A stretch of 32,000 nt of DNA, taken from Promethearchaeota archaeon. GTDB lineage: Archaea > Asgardarchaeota > Hermodarchaeia > Hermodarchaeales > Hermodarchaeaceae. Under the pieces are notes generated by a model. That model was not told the DNA's origin. It worked only from the letters and a program-made list of their open reading frames with translations, and searched no databases. The first letter of the stretch is position 1. Every line of letters starts with the position of its first letter. The DNA is taken from the NCBI GenBank assembly GCA_048938295.1, contig JBHLMI010000016.1:1-32000 (forward strand). Direction: 5' to 3'. Positions 5,744-14,501 of the stretch are shown here, piece after piece. The translations under genes were made by a program, and so were the position numbers.

Positions 5744-8269
5744 ATGAGCCAAGAAAAATCGCCGTTCTGGAGCACATCTCTTCCTGACCTTTTTTCCTTA
5801 CTTGAAGCAACTTCCGAAGGATTGACAAGTGACGAAGCAAAGAATCGTTTGTATCGATTTGGTGCTAATCGTTTAGGATCTAAAAAGAAATCTGGACGTC
5901 TAGCACTTTTTCTTAGTCAATTTAAGAGCCCCATTATTATCCTTTTATTGGCATCATCAATTCTCGCGTTTTTACTTGGGGATCAATTGGATAGTCTCAT
6001 CATTATAGCAATTGTCTTGCTTAGTAGCATACTTGGGTTTTGGCAAGAATATAGTGCCACCAATGCGGTTGAAAAGTTATTGGCCATTATCCAAATCCGG
6101 GTAATGGTGAAGCGAGATAACGAATTCAAGGAGGTACCTCTTGAAGAGGTCGTGCCAGGTGAAATTGTTTTACTCGATGCTGGTGATATCATTCCTGGAG
6201 ATTGCCGTATCATTGAATCCAAGGATTTGTTTGTGAATGAAGCCACATTAACTGGTGAAACATATCCGGTGGAAAAAAGGGAACTGACATTACCGCCTAA
6301 AACGGCACTCAATCAGCGTGAAAATGCGTTATTTATGGGCACTCATGTTGTTAATGGGACTGCAACAGCCGTAGTTATCTATACTGGTGTAAATACTGAA
6401 TTTGGCAAAGTCTCTGAACGATTAAGACTACGTCCACCATTGACTGAATTTGAACGCGGGATTCGACGATTTGGACTTATGTTGATGGAGGTAACATTGC
6501 TTCTATTACTTGTCATTCTTGCCATCAATGTTATTTTAGGTCGTCCATTTTTGGATTCATTTCTTTTCGCTTTGGCTCTTGCAGTTGGACTTACACCCCA
6601 ATTGCTTCCTGCCATTATTACTATCACATTAAGTCAAGGAGCAAAGCGAATGGCCAAAAGCAAGGTAATTATTCGCCGCTTAAACGCAATAGAAAATTTC
6701 GGAAGCATGACGGTTCTATGTACTGATAAAACCGGTACACTTACTGAAGGGAAAATCCAGATTCATTCTGCTGTAGATTTCAATGGACACGAAGCAGAAA
6801 AAGTTCTGCGATTAGCTTATATTAATGCCAGTTTCCAAAGTGGTTACCAAAATCCTATTGATGATGCAATCCGCGATTATGCTAAGCTTGATTTAAGTGA
6901 ATATAAAAAACTTGATGAAGTCCCTTATGATTTTATTCGCAAACGCCTGAGCATTTTAGTGGCAACCGAAGATACTCATGCAATTATATCAAAGGGAACA
7001 CTGCAGAACATCCTCGCTGTTTGCTCTACTGTAGAGACAGATACGGGTTTAACTAGTATTAGTGAGGTGCGAGATCAGATTTTACAATTGCACAAAAATT
7101 TCAGTAACCAAGGTTTGCGAACTCTTGGAATTGCTTATCGTGATGTAGGCTCAACATTGAGCATAAACAAAACTGATGAAACGGATATGACCTTTGTAGG
7201 ATTTCTTATCCTATTTGATCCATTAAAGTCACAAATCGTTGACACTTTATCCCAGATGCATAGTCTAGGTGTCACTCTGAAATTAATTTCTGGCGATAAC
7301 AGCTTCGTTGTATCAAATGTTGGTCAAAAAATAGGGCTTGAAAATCCGAAATTAATAACTGGACCTGTCTTGCGAGAGATGAGTGACGAGGCATTGATCA
7401 AAGTAGTGAATGAAGTATCCCTCTTTGCTGACGTAGAACCCAATCAAAAAGAGCGGATAATTATTGCGTTACGTAAAGCTGGAAACGTAGTCGGTTATAT
7501 GGGTGATGGAATCAATGATGCCTCAGCTATTCATGCTGCGGATGTCGGAATATCTGTTGACAGTGCTGTCGATGTAGCCAAAGCGGCGGCGGATATAGTA
7601 CTTTTAGAAAAGGATTTGCAAGTTTTAATTAACGGAGTTCAAGAAGGACGCCGGACCTTTGCGAATACAATGAAATATGTATTCATCACGATTAGTTCAA
7701 ATTTTGGTAATATGTTTAGTATGGCAGGCGCCTCGTTGTTTCTTCCATTCCTCCCGTTATTACCTGAGCAAATTCTTGCGATTAATTTTTTAACGGATTT
7801 TCCATCAATGGCTATTGCACAAGATAATGTGGATTCTTCAATGGTGACGAAACCCCGTCAATGGAATATTAAGACAATAAGCCAAGTAATGACAACCTTT
7901 GGAATTTGGAGTACAATTTTCGATTTTCTCACCTTTGGTCTTCTCTTGTTTATCTTATACGCAACACCGGAACAATTTCGGACTGGATGGTTTCTCGTAT
8001 CAATAGCAACCGAGATACTCGTTCTTTTTGTAATCCGAACCCAAGGGCCCTTCTATAAGAGCAGACCAGGTCGATATCTATTGATTATATCGCTAATCAT
8101 TATGATTTTCACGCTTATACTCCCATATACTCTCGTTGGCGCGCTCTTAGGCTTAACTCCACTTTCTGCTCCTTTCATCTTTACTCTACTTGGGATTACA
8201 ATTTTGTATTTCTTAACGACCGAATTAGCTAAACGTGTCTTCTTTAGAAGAATTCAAGTCTTCCAATGA
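5744..8269 (+). CDS. mgtA: Magnesium-translocating P-type ATPase (MgtA/P3B type)
   Basis: TGET actuator motif, AVGLTPQLLP in M4, phosphorylation site DKTGT, GDGIND hinge, SSNFGNMFS; 841 aa. Confidence 0.85.
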   Translation: MSQEKSPFWSTSLPDLFSLLEATSEGLTSDEAKNRLYRFGANRLGSKKKSGRLALFLSQFKSPIIILLLASSILAFLLGDQLDSLIIIAIVLLSSILGFWQEYSATNAVEKLLAIIQIRVMVKRDNEFKEVPLEEVVPGEIVLLDAGDIIPGDCRIIESKDLFVNEATLTGETYPVEKRELTLPPKTALNQRENALFMGTHVVNGTATAVVIYTGVNTEFGKVSERLRLRPPLTEFERGIRRFGLMLMEVTLLLLLVILAINVILGRPFLDSFLFALALAVGLTPQLLPAIITITLSQGAKRMAKSKVIIRRLNAIENFGSMTVLCTDKTGTLTEGKIQIHSAVDFNGHEAEKVLRLAYINASFQSGYQNPIDDAIRDYAKLDLSEYKKLDEVPYDFIRKRLSILVATEDTHAIISKGTLQNILAVCSTVETDTGLTSISEVRDQILQLHKNFSNQGLRTLGIAYRDVGSTLSINKTDETDMTFVGFLILFDPLKSQIVDTLSQMHSLGVTLKLISGDNSFVVSNVGQKIGLENPKLITGPVLREMSDEALIKVVNEVSLFADVEPNQKERIIIALRKAGNVVGYMGDGINDASAIHAADVGISVDSAVDVAKAAADIVLLEKDLQVLINGVQEGRRTFANTMKYVFITISSNFGNMFSMAGASLFLPFLPLLPEQILAINFLTDFPSMAIAQDNVDSSMVTKPRQWNIKTISQVMTTFGIWSTIFDFLTFGLLLFILYATPEQFRTGWFLVSIATEILVLFVIRTQGPFYKSRPGRYLLIISLIIMIFTLILPYTLVGALLGLTPLSAPFIFTLLGITILYFLTTELAKRVFFRRIQVFQ

Positions 8270-8336
8270 AAATGGGCTCTGTGGGCAATCATGGTTGTCA
8301 AGTAATTTTTCCAGGTTCAGGGTTTCTCCGAAGTGT

Positions 8337-8663
8337 TTACAGGGCTGATTGATCTACGGCGGATCCCTGAATACAATAATATTCCCACCGCATGCTCATG
8401 GTCTTGGTAATTGGACATTCCGAGCACAAGCACCCTTTCTTATCCTGGATGGAGGTTGATTTTCCGAAGGTACAGTAGACCCTGTTGATCTCCTCATTGT
8501 TGGTGTTAGTCGGACACTTGCTGCAAAGGCAAAGATAGACAGCGTTTTGGGCGGATCGTTTCTGTTGATCCTTGGACATGCTGCTCATCATCATCTGATA
8601 CTTTTCTTCAAAGGACGCCGTGGGCCATTTTTCATCAGGCGTTGTCATGTATTTCACCAACAT
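8337..8663 (-). CDS. DUF2769-like Cys-rich protein
   Basis: CLCSKCPT...YCTFGKS...CLCSECPI...YYC pattern. Confidence 0.7.
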   Translation of the reverse strand: MLVKYMTTPDEKWPTASFEEKYQMMMSSMSKDQQKRSAQNAVYLCLCSKCPTNTNNEEINRVYCTFGKSTSIQDKKGCLCSECPITKTMSMRWEYYCIQGSAVDQSAL

Positions 8664-8865
8664 GCTTGTTATTGTTGTAATACGTGTTATTTTCGGTATC
8701 TTTTCTTGTGTAACTCAGCGTTGACCAGTTTCATGTATATGAGGCTATTGTTGACTAGAGAGGTGATGAATTACATTTGCGAATTGGTCTGATTATGGGT
8801 GCTCTCTTTGATGAAGGGACGGGTTATAATATTCAAACGCCCTATTCTCCTACTTGGTTGGTTCC

Positions 8866-10482
8866 ATGCAGTTTGATATCCTCATAAAAAATGGACACGT
8901 GATTGATGGCACGGGCAACCCATGGTTTCCTGCGGATATTGGCATCAAAGACGAAAAAATCGTAGAAATCCAGCCTGTCATCGAGGGCTCAGCCAAAAAG
9001 GTCATCGACGCTAGCGGAGATGTAGTCTGTCCAGGTTTCATCGACATGCATTCACATTCAGATTCTTCTATCCTTCTATCAGGAGAAACGGATTCCTATA
9101 TTCGCCAAGGAATTACAACCTGTGTGAATGGGCAATGCGGTGAAAGCTTAGCTCCAATCCCTCAGGGGCGTGAGGCAGAAGCGAAAAAGCGGTTTACTGA
9201 TGAGTTTCCTCCTTTTGCAGGCGTGGAAATAACGTGGAATACCTTCTCCTCATATCTTGACCGAATGGAGAATACACCCTGCTATATCAACACTGCTTAT
9301 TTCGTAGGGCTAAATGCGCTGTTGTTCGCTGGTCAACCTGGTGAAGAAGATCGCTCGCCTACATCCGAAGAACTAGAGGTGATGAAATCGTATTTAGATG
9401 AGGGGATGAGGGCCGGTGCATTTGGTCTGTCAACTGGATTAATCTATCCCCCGCAGGCGTATTCAAAATCCAAAGAGATTATTGAGTTAGCCAAGGTGGT
9501 TGCCCAACACAGTGGGTATTACTTCTCTCATATTCGGAGTGAGGGTGAATTCATCATTGACGCGGTCAAAGAGTGCATTGAAATCACGGAAGAATCCGGG
9601 TGCCTTGGTGGGAATATCTCGCATCATAAAGTGTCGGGGCGACCCTTTTGGGGTGCGAGCGAGACCACCCTGCAACTCATCGAAGAAGCCAATGATCGGG
9701 GAGTAAGCATGACTTGCGATCAATATCCGTATAATCGGGGGATGACAACGCTTCGAACTCTTTTGCCACCATGGGTTCATGAAGGAGGGCTCAAGCAGCT
9801 AATGAGGCGGATTCAGAATCCAAAGGACCTAAAACGCATCCGAAAAGAGATCGAGGAGGGAAAAGGGGAGTGGGAGAACTTTGTTCGATCGATTGATTAT
9901 GACCGGGTTTACCTGGCGCAATGTTTCACGGAGAAGTGGAAACCCTTTCAAGCAAAAAGCCTGGTTGAAATCACAGAGATGACAGATTTTGCTGATGAAT
10001 TCAATACGTTAATCAGGATCTTAGTCGATGAAAACGCCGCCTGTTATATGACTGTTGAAACGATGGGTGAAGAAGACATTCGTCGTATCATGAAAAGTCG
10101 ATACCAAATGTTTGGCACGGATGGTGCTGGTATTCCCTTCAATCCTGATTTTGGTGCAGTTCATCCCCGATTCTATGGGACCTTTCCCCGTGTTCTGGGT
10201 AAGTATGTCCGAGAATACGGACTATTGACCCTCGAGGAGGCTGTTCGGAAAATGACTTCATTCCCTGCCCAACGACTCGGATTGAAAGACAGAGGTTTAT
10301 TGCGTGAAGAAATGTGGGCTGATATCGTCGTATTTAATCCTGAGACCGTGGCCGATAGGGCAACGTTTGAACAATCCCACGCTTTCCCTGCAGGCATTCC
10401 ATATGTATTGGTGAATGGAACCCTTGTGATTGAGGGGGAGACAATACATAAAGTGTTTCCAGGTAAAGTGATCAGGCATTAG
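8866..10482 (+). CDS. N-acyl-D-amino-acid deacylase (D-aminoacylase family amidohydrolase)
   Basis: PGFIDMHSHSD, QGITT...GQCG, HIRSE, HHK, GTDG...HPRFYGTFPRVLG and ADIVVF motifs. ATG at 8866 chosen over the upstream TTG at 8854. Confidence 0.9.
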   Translation: MQFDILIKNGHVIDGTGNPWFPADIGIKDEKIVEIQPVIEGSAKKVIDASGDVVCPGFIDMHSHSDSSILLSGETDSYIRQGITTCVNGQCGESLAPIPQGREAEAKKRFTDEFPPFAGVEITWNTFSSYLDRMENTPCYINTAYFVGLNALLFAGQPGEEDRSPTSEELEVMKSYLDEGMRAGAFGLSTGLIYPPQAYSKSKEIIELAKVVAQHSGYYFSHIRSEGEFIIDAVKECIEITEESGCLGGNISHHKVSGRPFWGASETTLQLIEEANDRGVSMTCDQYPYNRGMTTLRTLLPPWVHEGGLKQLMRRIQNPKDLKRIRKEIEEGKGEWENFVRSIDYDRVYLAQCFTEKWKPFQAKSLVEITEMTDFADEFNTLIRILVDENAACYMTVETMGEEDIRRIMKSRYQMFGTDGAGIPFNPDFGAVHPRFYGTFPRVLGKYVREYGLLTLEEAVRKMTSFPAQRLGLKDRGLLREEMWADIVVFNPETVADRATFEQSHAFPAGIPYVLVNGTLVIEGETIHKVFPGKVIRH

Positions 10483-10551
10483 AAGAACATTATAGATAAA
10501 GTATGACTACATTAAGAGTGGCAATTTAAGAAATTAGACTTGGTTGAATCG

Positions 10552-11166
10552 ATGATTACGATAGTGAATTTCGGCATGGGGAACTTGGGATCCATACATA
10601 ATATGTTAACACGATTAGGGTTTGATGCTAAGATTACATCTGACATAGATGAAATCAAAGACGCAGAGAAGCTCATCCTTCCCGGTGTGGGTGCCTTTGA
10701 TCAGGCGATGAGCAACCTCCATTCTTTAGGGTTCATCTCGGTTCTCAATTCATTGGTGTTAGAAAAGCGGATACCCATTCTTGGCATTTGTTTGGGGATG
10801 CAACTGCTGGCTATGCGAAGTGAAGAAGGGAAACAGGAAGGATTAGGATGGATTGACGCTGAAGTGGTCAGATTCCGGTTTGCTCCAGAACAAAATCTCC
10901 GAGTCCCCCATATTGGATGGAATACCATATCAGTCAAACAGGAGTCCTGTCTTTTCAAAAAATCGTATGAAGAATCCAGGTTTTATTTTGTTCATTCCTA
11001 TTATGTGAAATGTCAATCAGACGATACGGTGTTAGCGACGACCCATTATGGATTTGATTTCACCTCTGCAGTCGTCCACGAAAATATTTATGGGGTTCAA
11101 TTTCATCCAGAAAAGAGTCATAAATTTGGAATGTGTCTTCTCAAAAACTATGTGGAATATTGCTAA
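10552..11166 (+). CDS. hisH: HisH-like class I glutamine amidotransferase (WbuY/AglY type)
   Basis: LILPGVGAF, GICLGMQ (catalytic Cys), QFHPEKS (His-Glu). It is translationally coupled (TAATG) to a hisF paralogue that precedes a sugar amidotransferase. Confidence 0.9.
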   Translation: MITIVNFGMGNLGSIHNMLTRLGFDAKITSDIDEIKDAEKLILPGVGAFDQAMSNLHSLGFISVLNSLVLEKRIPILGICLGMQLLAMRSEEGKQEGLGWIDAEVVRFRFAPEQNLRVPHIGWNTISVKQESCLFKKSYEESRFYFVHSYYVKCQSDDTVLATTHYGFDFTSAVVHENIYGVQFHPEKSHKFGMCLLKNYVEYC

Positions 11167-11924
11167 TGCTACACACACGAGTAATTCCAATATTGCTACT
11201 TCGCGAACAGGGTTTAGTTAAGACCATCAAGTTTCAGAATCCCACCTACGTAGGTGATCCGATAAACGCTGTTCGTATCTTTAATGACAAAGAAGTAGAC
11301 GAGCTTGTATTTCTTGATATCACTGCTACTATTGAAAATCGTGCACCAAAGTTTGACCTAATTCATGATATTGCAACAGAGTGCTTCATGCCGTTTGGAT
11401 ATGGTGGTGGCATTCATGACATTGAAACTGCAAGCCAGATTCTCACATTAGGGTCAGAGAAGGTCATATTTAATTCAGCAGCATTGGATTTGGATTTGAT
11501 TAATGAAGCGGCTGAAGCGTTTGGGAGTCAAAGTGTTGTTGTTTCTATTGATGCAAAGCAAGCAAAACGTGGCAAATATGAGATGTACACTCGTTCGGGA
11601 ACATTCAACACAAAGAAAGATCCCGTCCAGTTTGCTCAAGAGGTTGAGGCTGCAGGAGCAGGCGAGCTCATCCTCAATTCCATTGACCGTGATGGAACAA
11701 TGCAAGGATATGATCTCGACTTGTTGAAAGCTGTTACTGAGGTCGTTAATATTCCAGTGGTAGCTGCAGGTGGCGCTGGAAATCTGCAACACTTTCAAGA
11801 CGCAGTCACAAAAGGCGGAGCCTCTGCCGTCGCAGCAGGAAGCATGTTCGTCTTTCATGGACCACTTCGGGCTGTCTTGATTAATTACCCTACTCAGGAA
11901 GAGTTAAAACAGTATCTTAGGTGA
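11166..11924 (+). CDS. hisF: HisF-like cyclase subunit (AglZ/HisF2/WbuZ type)
   Basis: RVIPILLL, YVGDPINAVRIFNDKEVDEL (typical of the HisF2 clade), SIDRDGTMQGYD, AAGSMFVF. Confidence 0.9.
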   Translation: MLHTRVIPILLLREQGLVKTIKFQNPTYVGDPINAVRIFNDKEVDELVFLDITATIENRAPKFDLIHDIATECFMPFGYGGGIHDIETASQILTLGSEKVIFNSAALDLDLINEAAEAFGSQSVVVSIDAKQAKRGKYEMYTRSGTFNTKKDPVQFAQEVEAAGAGELILNSIDRDGTMQGYDLDLLKAVTEVVNIPVVAAGGAGNLQHFQDAVTKGGASAVAAGSMFVFHGPLRAVLINYPTQEELKQYLR

Positions 11925-11925
11925 A

Positions 11926-13041
11926 TTGCGCAGGGAAGCGAAATTGACCCGTGAATATCAGATCTGCACTCGCTGTGTAATGGATACCACAGATCCTGAA
12001 ATCGCCTTTGATGAAAAAGGCGTCTGCAACCATTGTACAAATTATCTCAAGCTTTTGAACCAAAATATCCTTCAGGAACCAGAAAGAACGACCACGCTAA
12101 AACGTCTTATCTCAAAGATTCATGAAGAAGGAAAGAACAAGGAGTATGATGCAATTCTTGGCGTTTCAGGCGGTGTGGACAGCACCTTTATGGCGTTCAA
12201 AGCAAAGGAATTGGGGCTAAGGCCTCTAGCCGTACACCTGGATAACGGATGGAACTCGAAATTAGCCGTTTCGAATATTGAACGGGTCTTAAAACGAATA
12301 GATGTGGACCTATATACCCACGTCATTGATTGGGAAGAATTCAAGGATTTACAACTAGCCTATTTCAAAGCCTCCGTAATTGATATCGAAGCTATCACAG
12401 ACCATGCTATCGTGGCTGTAATTTATGACATTGCTGTCAGACATAAGGTCAAATACATCATAAGCGGATACAATCTTGCTACGGAAGGCATTCTGCCACG
12501 AAGCTGGGTCTGGAATAAGACCGACGTTGTTAACCTGCGAGATATCCATTCCAAGTTTGGAACAAAGAAACTGAAAACCTTCCCCACCATGGGATTCTTG
12601 AAGTATGCCTATCGCCGGAAAATCAGGGGATACAAGAGCATACAACTCCTAAACTATCTTGATTATAATCGAGCTAAGGCAAAGCAGTTTTTAATGGACG
12701 ATTTTGGCTGGGAAGATTACGGGGGAAAGCATCATGAATCGCTCTTCACTAAGTTCTACCAAGCCTATGTTCTTCCCACGAAATTTAATGTCGATAAACG
12801 GAAAGCCCACCTCTCAACCTTGATACTGTCTGGTCAAATTACCCGTGAAGATGCCCTGAAAACGCTTGAAGAACCATTATATGATGAAATAGAGCTGAAA
12901 CGTGATAAAGAGTATGTGCTGAAGAAACTTGGGCTCACCGAAAGCGAATGGGAACACCTTATGACTTTGCCCATAAGACGACATGACGAATTCAAAACAG
13001 ATCTCAGGCTAAGAAAGTTAATCCAGTTCATAAGATCCTAA
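11926..13041 (+). CDS. N-acetyl sugar amidotransferase (WbuX/WbpG/AglX type)
   Basis: N-terminal CTRCVMDTTDPEI...CNHC, PP-loop GVSGGVDS, HLDNGWNS, WEDYGGKHHES. Confidence 0.9.
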   Translation: MRREAKLTREYQICTRCVMDTTDPEIAFDEKGVCNHCTNYLKLLNQNILQEPERTTTLKRLISKIHEEGKNKEYDAILGVSGGVDSTFMAFKAKELGLRPLAVHLDNGWNSKLAVSNIERVLKRIDVDLYTHVIDWEEFKDLQLAYFKASVIDIEAITDHAIVAVIYDIAVRHKVKYIISGYNLATEGILPRSWVWNKTDVVNLRDIHSKFGTKKLKTFPTMGFLKYAYRRKIRGYKSIQLLNYLDYNRAKAKQFLMDDFGWEDYGGKHHESLFTKFYQAYVLPTKFNVDKRKAHLSTLILSGQITREDALKTLEEPLYDEIELKRDKEYVLKKLGLTESEWEHLMTLPIRRHDEFKTDLRLRKLIQFIRS

Positions 13042-13099
13042 ACTCTATTCCAACTAAGCCACTACCATTGACCTAATCTGTATGGTTTGAATAGCTAAT

Positions 13100-13128
13100 A
13101 AAACGGTTTTCCCTTGAAAGAACCCTTG
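13100..13128. promoter_or_regulatory. Pseudo-palindromic AAACGGTTTTCC + AACCCTTG motif, copy A
   Basis: AAAAC-G-GTTTT palindrome at 13100-13110. The same 12-mer followed by AACCCTTG recurs at 16071-16100. Confidence 0.4.
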
Positions 13129-13187
13129 TGCCTGCACGAGTTATTGCGAATCGATACATAGACCCATGCAATTAAAGACCTAAAGCC

Positions 13188-13200
13188 CAAAAGTATAATA
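13188..13200 (+). promoter_or_regulatory. BRE-TATA-like promoter of the ESCRT-III pair
   Basis: CAAAAGTATAATA ends 39 bp before the ATG at 13239. Confidence 0.45.
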
Positions 13201-13238
13201 GTCCCGATTTGAAGGGTGTCAATGGTAGGTTAACGACA

Positions 13239-13850
13239 ATGTCTGCTATTCGACGATTTATGAGCTGGCTTGGTGGCGGACCCGATCTGAAGAAGCTCAT
13301 CTTTCGCCTCGATGTTTTCTGCCGGAAGCTCGATTTGCAACGAAAGATGCTTGAAAAAGAAGCGAGTAAAAGCCGTGAACGCGCGAAAAAATATCGCCTT
13401 TCTGGTAATATGGATGCTACGCGGATGTACTTGCAACACCATCTGCGATTCCAAAAATGGGCCCTGAGCGTAGATGCCTATCGTCTCCGTATTGAAGGTT
13501 TACAAACACAATTACGCCAAAGCGAAGCCATGGGTGAAGTGGCCAAAATCCTAGGACAGCTCAACTCTGCCCTTGGCGGACTGAAGAACCAAGTCAAGGT
13601 TCCTGAGGTTGCACAACTCGTCGATCAGATTGAAGGCAACCTCCGTCACTTCGAAATGACCCAAGAAGTCGCCGAAGCGGGAATGGAACGAATGGCCGTT
13701 TCCACCGAGGTCACTGATGGCGAAGTGAAAGACGCACTTCGGGAGCTCGATTCAGAAATCGAAGTTGAAACAGGTACTTCACTCCCCGAACCCGAAAAAC
13801 GCGTCTCTGAACTAGAAAAAGAAATTGAACGATTAAAGGAGGAGGGCTAG
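13239..13850 (+). CDS. ESCRT-III protein, Vps2/24/46 (CHMP1-3)-like
   Basis: Amphipathic N-terminus MSAIRRFMSWLGG, basic helical hairpin, acidic C-half, C-terminal helix ELEKEIERLK. ATG at 13239 chosen; the ORF track starts at TTG 13209. Confidence 0.8.
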   Translation: MSAIRRFMSWLGGGPDLKKLIFRLDVFCRKLDLQRKMLEKEASKSRERAKKYRLSGNMDATRMYLQHHLRFQKWALSVDAYRLRIEGLQTQLRQSEAMGEVAKILGQLNSALGGLKNQVKVPEVAQLVDQIEGNLRHFEMTQEVAEAGMERMAVSTEVTDGEVKDALRELDSEIEVETGTSLPEPEKRVSELEKEIERLKEEG

Positions 13851-13854
13851 AAAA

Positions 13855-14487
13855 ATGGTTAAATTCTGGGAAAAACTCTTTCCGAAAAAACCTGAACCTA
13901 AAGAAGACACGATTGCCCGGATTCATCGGGTTACAGACAAACTTGAAGTCCGTAGCCGTCAATATGAAACGAAGGCTAAGGACTCGAGGATTAAGGCTAT
14001 CCGTAATGTACGCCGCGGTGATCGAAAGGCTGCTAAATTACAGCTACGTCGACGCCAACGCTATCTGCGCAAAGCCCGTCTTATTGAGCAAGAAATCGAT
14101 TTGATGGAGCGTGGTGTTGAAGCCATCGATCAAGCTCGTGGAGAAACCGAAGTTATAAGCGCCCTCAAAGGTATCGGTTCTGAACTGGAGAACTTACGAG
14201 AGACCGCTTCACCAGAAGTTGCACGTGAGGTTATTCTTGAAACACAAGCCCTCATTGAGGAAGCTGAAGCCACTGAAGAAATCCTAGGTCTCGGCCTTGA
14301 GGACGAAGAAATGGACGCTGAAGTTGATGCTGAACTTGAGGACATCGAAACCATGATCGCCCTCGAAGAAGCGGGTCAGCTACCTTCTGTACCTGAAGGC
14401 GAAGAAGAGCTCCTCGAAACCTCAGAGGAGCGACGCGAGCGAACAAAGCGAGAACTTGAACGCCTGAAAAAGGAAGTCAAAGAATAG
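13855..14487 (+). CDS. ESCRT-III protein, Vps20/32/60 (Snf7/CHMP4)-like
   Basis: N-terminal FWEKLF amphipathic helix; A...RRGDRKAAKLQLRRRQRY matches the Snf7 helix 1-2 pattern; DAEVDAELEDIE helix; MIM2-like LPSVP; terminal helix RELERLK. Confidence 0.85.
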   Translation: MVKFWEKLFPKKPEPKEDTIARIHRVTDKLEVRSRQYETKAKDSRIKAIRNVRRGDRKAAKLQLRRRQRYLRKARLIEQEIDLMERGVEAIDQARGETEVISALKGIGSELENLRETASPEVAREVILETQALIEEAEATEEILGLGLEDEEMDAEVDAELEDIETMIALEEAGQLPSVPEGEEELLETSEERRERTKRELERLKKEVKE

Positions 14488-14501
14488 CTGATGTGCGCTT
14501 T

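Noticed and set aside
10552-11924. hisH/hisF as histidine biosynthesis genes
   Set aside because: The HisF2-type signature and coupling to a sugar amidotransferase, with no other his genes, point to glycan modification.
13209-14487. ESCRT-III genes as PspA/Vipp1 or crenarchaeal CdvB
   Set aside because: The Snf7-like helix 1-2 pattern, the LPSVP motif and the absence of cdvA/cdvC or a C-terminal winged helix favour eukaryote-like ESCRT-III. An HMM check is still needed.
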